Below are positions 40,001-49,136 of a DNA stretch of 64,000 nucleotides, in pieces (position 1 is the stretch's first letter; each line of letters opens with the position of its first letter). A program made the translations under genes and the position numbers. The DNA lies in sequence record NC_005083.2. One strand, written 5' to 3'. The notes beneath the pieces are model-generated. The model saw nothing but the letters and a program-made list of their open reading frames with translations. It made no database searches and was not told the origin of the DNA.

Positions 40001-40296
40001 CCACCTCGAATCTCAATTTCATTCGCCGTATTTGTCAGTTTACCCGTCATCGTATCGCCGATCTTTTGAACGTAGCCACCGCCCGCAATCGGGGCAAATC
40101 GAGCATCAGATTCAGCTTTTGTAAATGCAGAAGTCGTCCCACCGTTACCTAGTTCGCCTGGCAGTGGTGTGTCGTGTTCTGTGTAAATTTTGTAGCCTTG
40201 GTAGCGGATAGTCTCGCCTTGCGGGTCAAAGCGAAGATTTCCTCCGTGCCAGACTATATTACCACCAATTGCGGTAGTTGATCTTAGTTCTGCCAT
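37039..40296 (-). CDS. long tail fibre distal subunit with peptidase S74 chaperone
   Basis: ADKWTTARTL repeats; SDRRLK..GVIAQEV..YGNM; late promoter CATAAATA ~40326. Confidence 0.88.
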   Translation of the reverse strand: MAELRSTTAIGGNIVWHGGNLRFDPQGETIRYQGYKIYTEHDTPLPGELGNGGTTSAFTKAESDARFAPIAGGGYVQKIGDTMTGKLTNTANEIEIRGGSPRLLLQDNDGTKRWYLINDGGNFSLRENDTATTRFRIDATAANFGIENIDINAKTAFRGFDSWLRINDQAAFTTGVYFGSSLVRTDGTLQVGSATASGFVVNTTAIKYKDNNVFHDGYHPNADKWTTARTLTTTLTGDVSGSASMTIDGSANATVTVTATVANDSHTHDGRYYTETESDARFANVAGDTFTGNVAISKAGGRLSFNETDYANNNSGINWITSAGQNLELIHEITDGDINTAGGNGQALIIRDNGSIASPAGLEVEGEIFAKVNQRVFHDAYHPNADKWTTARTLTIGNTGKSVDGTSNVTWTAKEITGDFYGGMYKYRRDYAVNINAPAKLLDQNGAAITQGSIRVRAVITGTGTTDSASSATFTNINGAWTVVNTTQSAASSNRINFFIDVDGDPAVSTWHTSNYTVEVYHEFVNTGGNYHSNFWGIDGVLSSVDGVLKYGSNNVFHDGYHPNADKWTTARTLTLNGDVSGAVSFDGSSNATMTVTVANDSHTHDGRYYTESESDARFAQNSEFSTTQTFAGIVNKYLAKVTSAGVLEVARYIDFHTTNSTADYDIRLDCNSSGNISVIGGTMSGSFVGPLSGNASTATTWANARTLTIGNTGKSVNGSANVAWSLAEIGAVSKAGDTINGQLTIRHTNVQLNLMDSTYSDNYWQLDHQNGVMAFRYNGSASDDFRLNENGTAVFAHSVTAPTFVGSLSGNATTATSATTATTATYLGSSLISSNGGQDFKIRDKRALVGTTSNLIVNYGNDFTDVTVQSALLSTGRMTAYGSAASYSYASHYTSQAPFYHYKSSSGTSEYHAFMKGDINHSGGRYQHSFGAILSSSGAHTAQIVSSLNSSTTKQWSFQYSTGNFTAPGNVTAYSDRRLKKNIKLIDNALNKVGELNGYTYDKRSSFDSDEYIRETGVIAQEVEKVLPEAVMESDDEDRILSVAYGNMNGLLIEAIKELNEKVDTLQNEVQELKRPWWKKLLRL

Positions 40297-40367
40297 GTTA
40301 TTCTCTCATTGAGTACGTTTATCATGTATTTATGAAGATACAAAAAAAGCTCCCGAAGGAGCTTTTA

Positions 40368-43300
40368 TTAACTTAGTAGTGCTTCTAGTCTAGCGATTCG
40401 TTCTTCAAGAGCTTCGCGTTTGCGCTTCTCTTCTTTGATACCCTCGATCAATAGACCAACCATATTTCCGTATGCAACTGCATAGTGACCATCAGCATCG
40501 CCACCGGATTCAACAACAGCTTCTGGTAGAACTTCAAGAACTTCTTGAGCAATTACACCAGTTTGTCGCGGACATTCAACGTCTGTACGATCATATGTGT
40601 AACCATTCAGACGGTCAATCTTCTCAAGCGGATTTGTGATTCGCTCAACGTTAGTCTTGACTCGCGCATCCGAGTATGCTGTAATATTACCAGCAGATTG
40701 AATGCTTTGATAGTAGTAGAAACCACTTGTCGCATCAGTTGAGTTATGAATCCATGATGTATTACGAGCTCCGAAATGCCATGTCTTACCGTTATCAGAA
40801 CGGAAAAGCCAGCTACCTTCGTTCGATGAGTTCTGCATGTATCGTGTAGTATCGCCACCCAATGCAATGACGTTCTTAACCATCAGGTTACCGCCAGTCG
40901 TCAAAGACATTGCCCCATCAGTCGCTGCGTCACCCTCATCACGCCACAAGAATCCACGATCCGTATCGTTGTTCATTGTGAACGTCATTGCGTAGTCATT
41001 CAACCAACCAAAGGATTGTCCGCTTGCCATGCCGATTGTATATGAACCACTAGACCACACTCGAATCTTATCATAAGAAGAAACACCAGTTGAGATCAAT
41101 GTCCCATTGACTGTGAAGCTTCCATCAGAATGAGTATGATTGTGTGAATCATTCGCAACCGCAACAGATAATGTAACGTTTGCGCTACCGTCGATTGAAG
41201 CAGAACCACTTACATCGCCGTTCAGAGTCAGAGTACGAGCCGTAGTCCACTTATCTGCCAACGGGTGATAAGATGAGTTGTAGTTCGCACGCCATCCCGG
41301 TGAATAGCTAGACCCATTATCAATGTAGATGAATTCTTGTCTAGTTGTCGCACCAGAAGCAGTTGTCGGTGTAATAACTTTGATTGTGCAGTTTGTAGTT
41401 GAAGTACCATGAACTTCAATCACAGAACCCGCAGTCCCAAACACACCAAAACCAGTGTCTACCGTCACCTGAGCAGCATATGACCAACTACCACGACATG
41501 TCCAATACCAAGTTGAGAACGCGCCTTGTGCAGACAGCAATGAAATAAATTCAGCAGTCGTTACTCGATTATTTGTCCCAAATGAAATTTGACCTGCACC
41601 GTTAGTGCCTGTAACCTCTTGAGGAGACCATGATACGTTAGCTGTACCGTTTACAGACTTGCCAGTTTTCCCGATTGTCAACGTACGAGCAGTTGTCCAC
41701 TTCGTCGCTTGTGTAGCTGAAGTCGCAGATGTTGCAGTCGTAGCGTTACCACTCAATGCCCCGATGAATGTCGGTGCTGTGATATTCACAGTCGATGTAA
41801 TTGAAGTACTCTTAACTGAAAATTGTTTATTGTCAGCTAGTATACCACCGACGCCAAGAACAACCTCGCCTGCCGTGTTTGAGTTGTGCAAATACACCGC
41901 AGTGCGGTTACCAATCAATCCAAATTTATCAACTTTAACCGTTTCAGATGCAGGAGCCGTATTGCCAGCAGAGTCAGTGATGATCAATGATGAACTCATC
42001 GTATCACCAGTTTTCTGTACGTAGCCGCCGCCCGCAATAGGTGCGAATCTCGCGTCTGCTTCAGTCTCGGTGTAGTATCGACCATCGTGCGTATGTGAGT
42101 CATTAGCAACCACAACAGACAAGGTAACGTTTGAGCTACCGTCGATTGAAGCAGAACCACTTACATCGCCGTTCAGAGTCAATGTTCTTGCAGTTGTCCA
42201 CTTATCAGCCAATGGGTGATATTCATCATCGAAGATCTTCATCCACGCTGAACTAACACCAGACTCTCGACGCTTCCACCATAGGCGATTACTATTCTGA
42301 CCCATAGCAAGAGTCATTGCATAACCGTTACCGTTGTTGTGCTCAGTATGAACACCCCACATCCAACCAGTTTCTTCAGCAGGCTTACCCGTGATTGAGC
42401 TATTTACATCAATGAAACCGCTTCGTTGGTAATCATCAATGTCACCGGAAGATAGCTGCATCGAGCCGATTTTGCCGCCAGATGTTCCACCAAAACCGTA
42501 AACCACGTTACTTGACTGAGCTTGTGTAGTAGGTACATTCAAGTAACCAGTCATCGTATCGCCAGTCGCGTTTACGAAACGAGCATCAGATTCTGCTTCG
42601 GTGTAGTAACGACCATCGTGAGTATGAGAGTCGTCAGCAACTGTAACTGCGAGTGAAATATTCGAGCTACCATCAAACGAAACTGATCCACTAACATCAC
42701 CAGATAACGTCAACGTTCTTGCAGTTGTCCACTTATCAGCTTCTGGGTGGTAGTCGGTGTGGTACATATAAACCCAGTCTTCCCACACGTCTGCGTATCT
42801 CGTACGAAGTGCAATTGTACCTGAGTTGCCGCTTATACCATATGGGTAAGCAACTTGAGTCGCGTTAGTAGTCGAACCATATGTCATTGTCTGAGCATAC
42901 CAGTAACCAGTAAACCCAGAAGGTCGATTTAAACCTTGTGATAACTTGTTGTAAAAGCCACCTCGATAAAGAGTATCCCAGTCAACTGTGGTATCAACAC
43001 CCGATAGAGTACGCCCCGTCGCGATATATTCAGGGTTACTTGCGCTCAGACCAACTTCAGCGTATGTTGTATGATTTGGAACAACTGTATTGATAGTGAC
43101 GTTTGAACTACCGTCAATTGAAACTGAACCAGTTACTTCGCCTGATAGAGTAAGCGTTCTTGCAGTCGTCCATTTATCGGCATTTGGGTGATAGTTGTCT
43201 GCAAAAATTCGCTGCGTTGTGTTTAGATAACCAATACCGTTGATAACAACGTTGTTGTTTGATCTAGAACCGTACATGACAACCGATTCAGAATTCGATT

Positions 43301-43643
43301 CACGTCTGATAATCTGCCATTGATTGACATCGCCATCATAGTGATAACGAACCCCGTGATTTCCGTTGTCCTCAGTCAAGTATAGACTTGCATCGGTGTT
43401 TGCAGTACTGCTCAAGTGCAATTGCGCAGTCGATTTGGCGATTTGCAAATCGCCACTCATGACATCACCAGCACGTTTAACAACAGACTCGGTTAAATCT
43501 GTATGAGGGTCTGGCTTGTCATTTTCTGTATAAAGTTTGTAGCCATTGTAAAGTACTGTTTCTCCTTGCGGATCGAAACGCAAATTACCGCCATGCCAAA
43601 CTATGTTACCGCCAATCGCGGTTGTTGAACGTAATTCTGCCAT
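40368..43643 (-). CDS. second long tail fibre subunit with peptidase S74 chaperone
   Basis: same N-terminus MAELRSTTAIGGNIVWHGGNLRFDPQGET; SDARVK..GVIAQEV. Confidence 0.88.
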   Translation of the reverse strand: MAELRSTTAIGGNIVWHGGNLRFDPQGETVLYNGYKLYTENDKPDPHTDLTESVVKRAGDVMSGDLQIAKSTAQLHLSSTANTDASLYLTEDNGNHGVRYHYDGDVNQWQIIRRESNSESVVMYGSRSNNNVVINGIGYLNTTQRIFADNYHPNADKWTTARTLTLSGEVTGSVSIDGSSNVTINTVVPNHTTYAEVGLSASNPEYIATGRTLSGVDTTVDWDTLYRGGFYNKLSQGLNRPSGFTGYWYAQTMTYGSTTNATQVAYPYGISGNSGTIALRTRYADVWEDWVYMYHTDYHPEADKWTTARTLTLSGDVSGSVSFDGSSNISLAVTVADDSHTHDGRYYTEAESDARFVNATGDTMTGYLNVPTTQAQSSNVVYGFGGTSGGKIGSMQLSSGDIDDYQRSGFIDVNSSITGKPAEETGWMWGVHTEHNNGNGYAMTLAMGQNSNRLWWKRRESGVSSAWMKIFDDEYHPLADKWTTARTLTLNGDVSGSASIDGSSNVTLSVVVANDSHTHDGRYYTETEADARFAPIAGGGYVQKTGDTMSSSLIITDSAGNTAPASETVKVDKFGLIGNRTAVYLHNSNTAGEVVLGVGGILADNKQFSVKSTSITSTVNITAPTFIGALSGNATTATSATSATQATKWTTARTLTIGKTGKSVNGTANVSWSPQEVTGTNGAGQISFGTNNRVTTAEFISLLSAQGAFSTWYWTCRGSWSYAAQVTVDTGFGVFGTAGSVIEVHGTSTTNCTIKVITPTTASGATTRQEFIYIDNGSSYSPGWRANYNSSYHPLADKWTTARTLTLNGDVSGSASIDGSANVTLSVAVANDSHNHTHSDGSFTVNGTLISTGVSSYDKIRVWSSGSYTIGMASGQSFGWLNDYAMTFTMNNDTDRGFLWRDEGDAATDGAMSLTTGGNLMVKNVIALGGDTTRYMQNSSNEGSWLFRSDNGKTWHFGARNTSWIHNSTDATSGFYYYQSIQSAGNITAYSDARVKTNVERITNPLEKIDRLNGYTYDRTDVECPRQTGVIAQEVLEVLPEAVVESGGDADGHYAVAYGNMVGLLIEGIKEEKRKREALEERIARLEALLS

Positions 43644-43707
43644 TAGTTTCATTCCATTTATTGAAATTTTTCATATGACAGTATTTATTATGCCGTAAAA
43701 AAGGGCG

Positions 43708-44232
43708 CTATTTGCGCCCTTTACGATTTGCCTTATTTGCTTTTCTTTTTGCTCTACGCAACTCTTTGCGTTTTGCGATTTTGTCTGCACGTCTAACTGC
43801 ATCATAATCCGCAGCACACGACGCAGCAAACGCATCAGGCTTGAAAACGGGTTCTTGGCCCACGTATCCCAAGATAGTGCCCTTAGCTTCGTTATACGCA
43901 ACGTGTGAACGATGGGATGGGTCTGGGTTGATGTCAACGTGAACTTCAAACCCACGAGTACCACACATTGGCTTAACACGCAGAGCAGTTTCACCTGCTT
44001 TATAGACTTCATTCATCAAACGACTACGAATACCATCTTTACACGACATGTACGCTGGTTCAGTTTCGATAGATTTGAATACTTGAGCGCCTTTGCTACC
44101 CTCAAGGTGAATGATGATTACAGTAGCGTAACTAATCATATCACTCTTACGCTTGCTATCACACCCAACATAAATCGTACTGTTCGGATGACTGTTATTG
44201 ATAGCTGTTTCAATTGCTTCCCAATCGAACAT
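43708..44232 (-). CDS. RNase H-like protein (DUF458/YkuK family)
   Basis: IYVGCDS, RLMNEV, EVHVDIN, KPDAFAASCAAD. Confidence 0.8.
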   Translation of the reverse strand: MFDWEAIETAINNSHPNSTIYVGCDSKRKSDMISYATVIIIHLEGSKGAQVFKSIETEPAYMSCKDGIRSRLMNEVYKAGETALRVKPMCGTRGFEVHVDINPDPSHRSHVAYNEAKGTILGYVGQEPVFKPDAFAASCAADYDAVRRADKIAKRKELRRAKRKANKANRKGRK

Positions 44233-44282
44233 TTTCACCTCTGTACAAAAAAGGGCAGCACAATGCCGCCCTTATCACTTAT

Positions 44283-45719
44283 TTAAAAGCTGTAGCGTTC
44301 AACGCCTACAGTTTTCAGCATGATCTTGACTGGCTCAAGCTCACCACCCAACAGTGAAGTCAGGATAGATGGGCTACAACCCGATACCAGTGCAGTACCC
44401 GCTTCGCCAGCTTTAACCGGAACGTTGCCAAGACGACCACGAATGTTCCAGAAGACTAGTTGTGGCATTTCATAGCCAGCACGTGCGTACATAGCTTTGA
44501 TTGCGTCGAAGTTTGCACGTTCGCCACGACCGTACCAGCCACCACCAGTATTTGCTTGGTCGAATTCCATGTCGCTCATGATAAGCAACTTAGTCGGCAT
44601 TTCTTCTTGTGAAAGATTTGCACGTTTCGCACGTTCTAACAGAACGTTGAAGCACTTACCGATGTTTGTGCTCATGTCTTCGCCTGATCGATTCATGTTG
44701 TCAAGACGCTCTTTTAGTGAGCTACCGCGTAACTGGTGGAAGTGCGGATCGCTTGAGAACGAAATGAACTGATCTTTGAAGATGCCTTCATTGCGTTCAG
44801 CAACATAGATGCCAAGAGACATTGCAACTTGCTTACAAGTCACACCTGAACGATCTGCACCTGCGTTGATTGGCGTGCTCATAGAGCCAGACACGTCAAC
44901 AACTGGGATGATGCGCTCATCAGAGCCTTCCATGTAGTTCGGCAGGGCTTTCCATTGCTCGTTCGCTACAGACGCATTACCATGACTAACGCTCTTAACG
45001 ACATCATATGGGAACAAGGCACCAGCGTTGATCTTCGCTTCACCTTTTTGAAGCGACTCGATGTAGCTTGTGTAACGAACAGAAGCGTTACGACCGAATG
45101 CTTTTTGATAACGAGCAGACGCTACAGATGGCAACTTACCGAAGTCGATTGCATCCCATTCTTGCGCACACATCTTCTGTTCAACAGTGTCAGACAAAAG
45201 TGCTAGAATCTTACGCCACTGCTTCGCAGTTACACCAAGAGACTTGATTGTGCGCTTGAACACATGACCGTTTTTGCTGTTCTCGCGTGGGAACCACTTC
45301 GCAGCGAGACCGTTCTTGTCGTTTACAATCGCATTTGACCACAGTGTGATCGCGTCTTTTTCAAGTCTTGTGCCGAAAGCAGAAATCAAGTCGTCGAAGC
45401 GACCTAGTTCTGGAATTTTCGACATTACAGCACGAGCTACGTCAGGCTGCTCATTACAAAGCTTAGTGAATAGAGTACGGAAAGTACCACGTTCACCCGC
45501 ACCACCGCGAACATCACGAGACCACAAAAGAATGCGTGTCGCTAGTTCTGGGTTTTCTGCAAACGCACGACCGAACAGTGTTTTAGACTGATCGTTACCA
45601 CGCATAGCAGCAATACCGAAGAACAAGTTTAGACACTCGTTACCTGAAGTGCTGTGAGTAACTGCACCGTTTGCTGTACGTGAATCGTTTGATTGCATAG
45701 CGTTCATAAATGCTGACAT
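44283..45719 (-). CDS. DUF2828-family TROVE-like plus vWA protein (Ro60-like)
   Basis: RDVRGGAGER, GRFDDL, AAKWFPRE, VDVSGSM, SDMEFD, LVFWN. Confidence 0.85.
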   Translation of the reverse strand: MSAFMNAMQSNDSRTANGAVTHSTSGNECLNLFFGIAAMRGNDQSKTLFGRAFAENPELATRILLWSRDVRGGAGERGTFRTLFTKLCNEQPDVARAVMSKIPELGRFDDLISAFGTRLEKDAITLWSNAIVNDKNGLAAKWFPRENSKNGHVFKRTIKSLGVTAKQWRKILALLSDTVEQKMCAQEWDAIDFGKLPSVASARYQKAFGRNASVRYTSYIESLQKGEAKINAGALFPYDVVKSVSHGNASVANEQWKALPNYMEGSDERIIPVVDVSGSMSTPINAGADRSGVTCKQVAMSLGIYVAERNEGIFKDQFISFSSDPHFHQLRGSSLKERLDNMNRSGEDMSTNIGKCFNVLLERAKRANLSQEEMPTKLLIMSDMEFDQANTGGGWYGRGERANFDAIKAMYARAGYEMPQLVFWNIRGRLGNVPVKAGEAGTALVSGCSPSILTSLLGGELEPVKIMLKTVGVERYSF

Positions 45720-45754
45720 TGTTTATTCCTCATATTAAATTGCTGTAAAATGTC
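45715..45754 (-). promoter_or_regulatory. CAGCAA-motif hairpin sequestering RBS and start codon
   Basis: gacatt-tta-cagcaa...gagga...aATGtc on minus strand. Confidence 0.7.
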
Positions 45755-45810
45755 GTTTTGATGTGATGATTATACACGGATTTGAACCCGTGTAAACACT
45801 TTTTTCAATT

Positions 45811-46125
45811 TTATCGAAAATTCATTCGAGTTAGATTCGTACCGTTTTCGTGAATCTCAACTAGCACGCGACCGCCCGTTTCATAAGACGTTCGGATAGA
45901 ACGATAACCATGCTCTTCGAAGAATGTACGAATAATAGTCGCACCACGCTTGTCTTTATCAGCAGCGTGAATGGGCACTTTTACGATGATAGGGAAACTA
46001 GACCCCGACTCAACTGCGTGCATGAATTCTTTCTCACATTCGCTCGTGTAATGCTCGGTAAGAATTCGTTTTTCTTCTGCTTCACGAGCGTGAATTTGTT
46101 GTTTGAGATCATTATGATTAATCAT
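45811..46125 (-). CDS. hypothetical protein
   Basis: coupled ORF. Confidence 0.55.
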   Translation of the reverse strand: MINHNDLKQQIHAREAEEKRILTEHYTSECEKEFMHAVESGSSFPIIVKVPIHAADKDKRGATIIRTFFEEHGYRSIRTSYETGGRVLVEIHENGTNLTRMNFR

Positions 46126-46457
46126 TGAAACCCCGCTTGTTTGTTTTCTCGAATTGTCAATTTGACAAAAGAATATGAGTAATCTCTCATATCACGCGGA
46201 TCTCCAGAGTAATGTCCGAACTGTGCATCGAAGTTATGAAAACCCTCGCGTCGCATGACGCCTTTGATGAGAGACATCATTTCATCACAACATTCATTGC
46301 GGTCAACATTCACCTGAATCGTGATTGGAAACTGAAACCCAGCAACGCCCCCGATTTTACGTTCGATTGCTTTGCGCATTTCAACTACGAAGAGTTCTTC
46401 ACGAGTTGAGCGATTCTGTTTGACTTTTTGAATTAATGTATCGTATAAATTACCCAT
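46122..46457 (-). CDS. hypothetical protein
   Basis: start moved to ATG 46457 (agga RBS). Confidence 0.55.
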   Translation of the reverse strand: MGNLYDTLIQKVKQNRSTREELFVVEMRKAIERKIGGVAGFQFPITIQVNVDRNECCDEMMSLIKGVMRREGFHNFDAQFGHYSGDPRDMRDYSYSFVKLTIRENKQAGFQ

Positions 46458-46824
46458 CAATATATTCCTTAATCGGCTTAGAAAAGTGACGAATACAAGA
46501 ACTGTCAAGTCGTTTACGACCATCACCATCTATATCAGGTAGTGTGTATTCGTCATTAAACGGCTGACCGCTTTCTTTCGCAATCTCATAGGCATCGGCT
46601 CGATTGAAGTATTCACCACAATAGTTGATAAACCCCTGACCGCGATCCCCGAGTTCGTTTCGATGTTCATATGTACAACCTAGTTCTTTCAATAACTTAA
46701 AGACTGATTGCATGTTTCGACCGAAATGGCAGCTATCAGCAACAACAATGTCGCGCACTTCACCGTTCGGTAGTGTCACTCGAATTGCATTAGCAGCAGA
46801 CGATATTACATTGACGTGCGACAT
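46450..46824 (-). CDS. conserved phage hypothetical protein
   Basis: QGFIN..GEYFNR..A..IAKESGQ motif. Confidence 0.65.
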   Translation of the reverse strand: MSHVNVISSAANAIRVTLPNGEVRDIVVADSCHFGRNMQSVFKLLKELGCTYEHRNELGDRGQGFINYCGEYFNRADAYEIAKESGQPFNDEYTLPDIDGDGRKRLDSSCIRHFSKPIKEYIDG

Positions 46825-47162
46825 GTATCGTACCTCATAAAAATTGAACCAACGCGCTTATACTGACCAGAGTGAGAAAGCAACAGAGCCATTTTACTAT
46901 GACCAACGGGATTGCTTGTCACTAGAACAACAGTGCGCGGAAAATTACGATGATCAATCGCATGAGAGAGAATATCATACCCCTCTCTACCAACATCATC
47001 ACCTAGGTCATTGTCCATGAATAGAGTGATGTCAGTTAGATTTGTGTGCTTGACGAAATTCATACCGTCTTCGAATGTACGAAGAACTAGCTTTTCATCG
47101 TCGCGTACGTAATCTGACGTGAACTTATTAATGTCACGCAGATCATCAATCATAACGTACAT
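46806..47162 (-). CDS. cyclic-phosphate-processing receiver (cREC)-like domain
   Basis: IDDLR..RTFED..MDNDLG..GYDIL. Confidence 0.7.
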   Translation of the reverse strand: MYVMIDDLRDINKFTSDYVRDDEKLVLRTFEDGMNFVKHTNLTDITLFMDNDLGDDVGREGYDILSHAIDHRNFPRTVVLVTSNPVGHSKMALLLSHSGQYKRVGSIFMRYDTCRTSM

Positions 47163-47224
47163 AATATTTCTCTTTCGTTAGTGTTGATAAATACATCATA
47201 CAGGTTCAACAAACGGAAGTCAAC

Positions 47225-47596
47225 ATGAACGACGAAAAAATTATTTCTTTTGATGAATATCTAAATGAAGGGTGGTTTGAAAGGCAATGGGCTAGATATA
47301 AGGCAGGTGAAGATGCACGCAGCATAAAGAAACTAGCTAAGATGCATACCAAGATTCTGCACATCGAACAGAAAGCAAAGCAAAACAAATACCGATACGA
47401 AGCCGTACGGTTCAACTACGAACACATCAAAATGAATGTGCTCGATGCCAAGAAGCTAATTAACAAGCTGCGATACAAAAAAGGGATTAGTCAAGAGCTA
47501 GTTCAGGCAATGGATAAACTAGACATTGAACTTGATAGACTCAACGACTTTGCCGTTGAGGGATTGCATGAGCTAATGATTCAACATAAGCTATAA
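47225..47596 (+). CDS. putative internal head protein
   Basis: GATAAATA upstream; leader SFDEYLNE. Confidence 0.55.
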   Translation: MNDEKIISFDEYLNEGWFERQWARYKAGEDARSIKKLAKMHTKILHIEQKAKQNKYRYEAVRFNYEHIKMNVLDAKKLINKLRYKKGISQELVQAMDKLDIELDRLNDFAVEGLHELMIQHKL

Positions 47597-47627
47597 AAGA
47601 AAAGCCCCGTTTTTGGGGCTTTTTTGT

Positions 47628-47840
47628 TTAATGTGAGTGGCGTAACTTCTTTTCGATCATTCGATCTACAATCGTGGAGTACATAAGATGCTCTTTGTAG
47701 TATTTCTCATCAACTCGGTTGCACTGGAATTGTCGAAAATCTTTGCGTAAGCGGGCAATGAATTTATTAAGTGCTTTGCGCACTTTGCAAACTTCAGACA
47801 GTTCCATGCTTTTTAGTGTATCTTCAGAAAGTATTTCCAT
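47628..47840 (-). CDS. hypothetical protein
   Basis: gagg RBS. Confidence 0.55.
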   Translation of the reverse strand: MEILSEDTLKSMELSEVCKVRKALNKFIARLRKDFRQFQCNRVDEKYYKEHLMYSTIVDRMIEKKLRHSH

Positions 47841-47869
47841 GATTGTTCACCTCTTAGTTAATAGAATAC

Positions 47870-47914
47870 GGGAGACACGGGAATCGAACCCATTGCCTTG
47901 ACCACATATCTCCC
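47870..47914 (-). ncRNA. minimal tRNA-like remnant (acceptor plus T arm, no anticodon arm)
   Basis: gggagat/gtctccc stem; gggTTCGAttccc. Confidence 0.5.
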
Positions 47915-47938
47915 ACTGAGAGTTACGCCAATCTGAGG

Positions 47939-48169
47939 TTAGTGTGCTAGACGCATCAAACGGCGCATACGTTCGCGTTCAGATAAATCTTCCAAATTTT
48001 CTTGTTTCACCTCTTTGATTTCTTCTTCGGGTTCTTCAGCTTCCTTTTTGATTTTTTCAGCATCGGGACCGATGTTTTTCCAAAGCGAAGCATTTCGCCA
48101 GTTATCGTTAAAACCATTACCTAAACCGCGCCCTTCACGCGCATGAGATTTTTGATGAATGTTTTTCAT
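47939..48169 (-). CDS. hypothetical charged protein
   Basis: coupled ORF. Confidence 0.55.
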   Translation of the reverse strand: MKNIHQKSHAREGRGLGNGFNDNWRNASLWKNIGPDAEKIKKEAEEPEEEIKEVKQENLEDLSERERMRRLMRLAH

Positions 48170-48375
48170 TATTCGTTAGATTTCTTTGTTACTTGTCTTG
48201 CTACGCCAACAGCAGCAGCACCAGCAGCTACTTTAGCACCTGTTTTTGCCGCCTTACCGGCTTTTTTAGCGCCCGACTTGATACGATCTTTTACAGAACG
48301 TTTCTTTTTCTTTTTGTCTTCTGGGCGCGACTCTTCGATTTCTGACATGAATTTGTCAAAGGTTTTCTCACTCAT
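48169..48375 (-). CDS. small basic putative internal head protein
   Basis: CTAAATA upstream; TFDKFMSE leader; Lys/Ala-rich. Confidence 0.55.
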   Translation of the reverse strand: MSEKTFDKFMSEIEESRPEDKKKKKRSVKDRIKSGAKKAGKAAKTGAKVAAGAAAVGVARQVTKKSNE

Positions 48376-48412
48376 GACCTATCTCCAGTTAATTGAGTTC
48401 ATTTGTATTTAG

Positions 48413-48817
48413 TCATGAGAAAATGTGTTTTCGGCTCAACTGCACATCAAATTCATTTTCGAAGCGACAGCGTTCAGTCCCGTAAAGTACATCATCAAGC
48501 GTGAATCGTTTTCGCTTTCGTGTGTGAAGGTTCATATAACGCTCTAGAGCAGTGTCTGAGTCGAATTCAATACGTTCACAACGTCTTTGTTCGGATGTCT
48601 GTGAATAATCGCTTACAGTGCGATACAGAAACAATCCGCGTACCACTACTGCGTTAAGTGTATTTGAACTTTTGATTGTCACGCCGTCAATATTTTCATA
48701 ACGACTCAAGGTAAAGATTATCTCTGAGTCTGGCATTTCAGCGACGCGCTTCATTTTGGATATTGATGTTCGTTTGTTTGATTTGTACATAGTTATCACC
48801 TCATAATGACTGTACAT
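48413..48817 (-). CDS. hypothetical protein
   Basis: ORF; start uncertain (gagg RBS before a later ATG). Confidence 0.55.
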   Translation of the reverse strand: MYSHYEVITMYKSNKRTSISKMKRVAEMPDSEIIFTLSRYENIDGVTIKSSNTLNAVVVRGLFLYRTVSDYSQTSEQRRCERIEFDSDTALERYMNLHTRKRKRFTLDDVLYGTERCRFENEFDVQLSRKHIFS

Positions 48818-48878
48818 GATTTATCATGCGCTATAAACAAAAAAACCTGCTCAAGGCAGGTTCTAATGTGCAATACAC

Positions 48879-49125
48879 AGACATTCGAGAATTGTTTTAT
48901 CGTCTTTCCTTAAATCTCAATTGACTATCTCGATGTTTCTCATCAAGAGAATACCCATGATTCGGCATGAGACCTATTTCGTTTAACAGTACGAACACCG
49001 TCTTAATGGTCATTTCCTACCACGAGAATGCGACAGGCTCACGTCATCACTGAGAAAGCAGCTAGTGCGCCTCATTACTATTAAAGTTTGCTTCTTTGAT
49101 TAGTAATAGTTGCTGTACAATGTCT
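48879..49125 (-). ncRNA. CAGCAA-motif structured RNA (~250 nt)
   Basis: agacatt/aatgtct closing stem; gta-cagcaa; attacta/tagtaat. Confidence 0.6.
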
Positions 49126-49136
49126 TATTGCGAATT

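Noticed and set aside
37039-43643. CRISPR array or diversity-generating retroelement in tail fibre repeats
   Set aside because: Repeats are in-frame protein modules with irregular spacing; no reverse transcriptase and no adenine-specific TR/VR pair seen.
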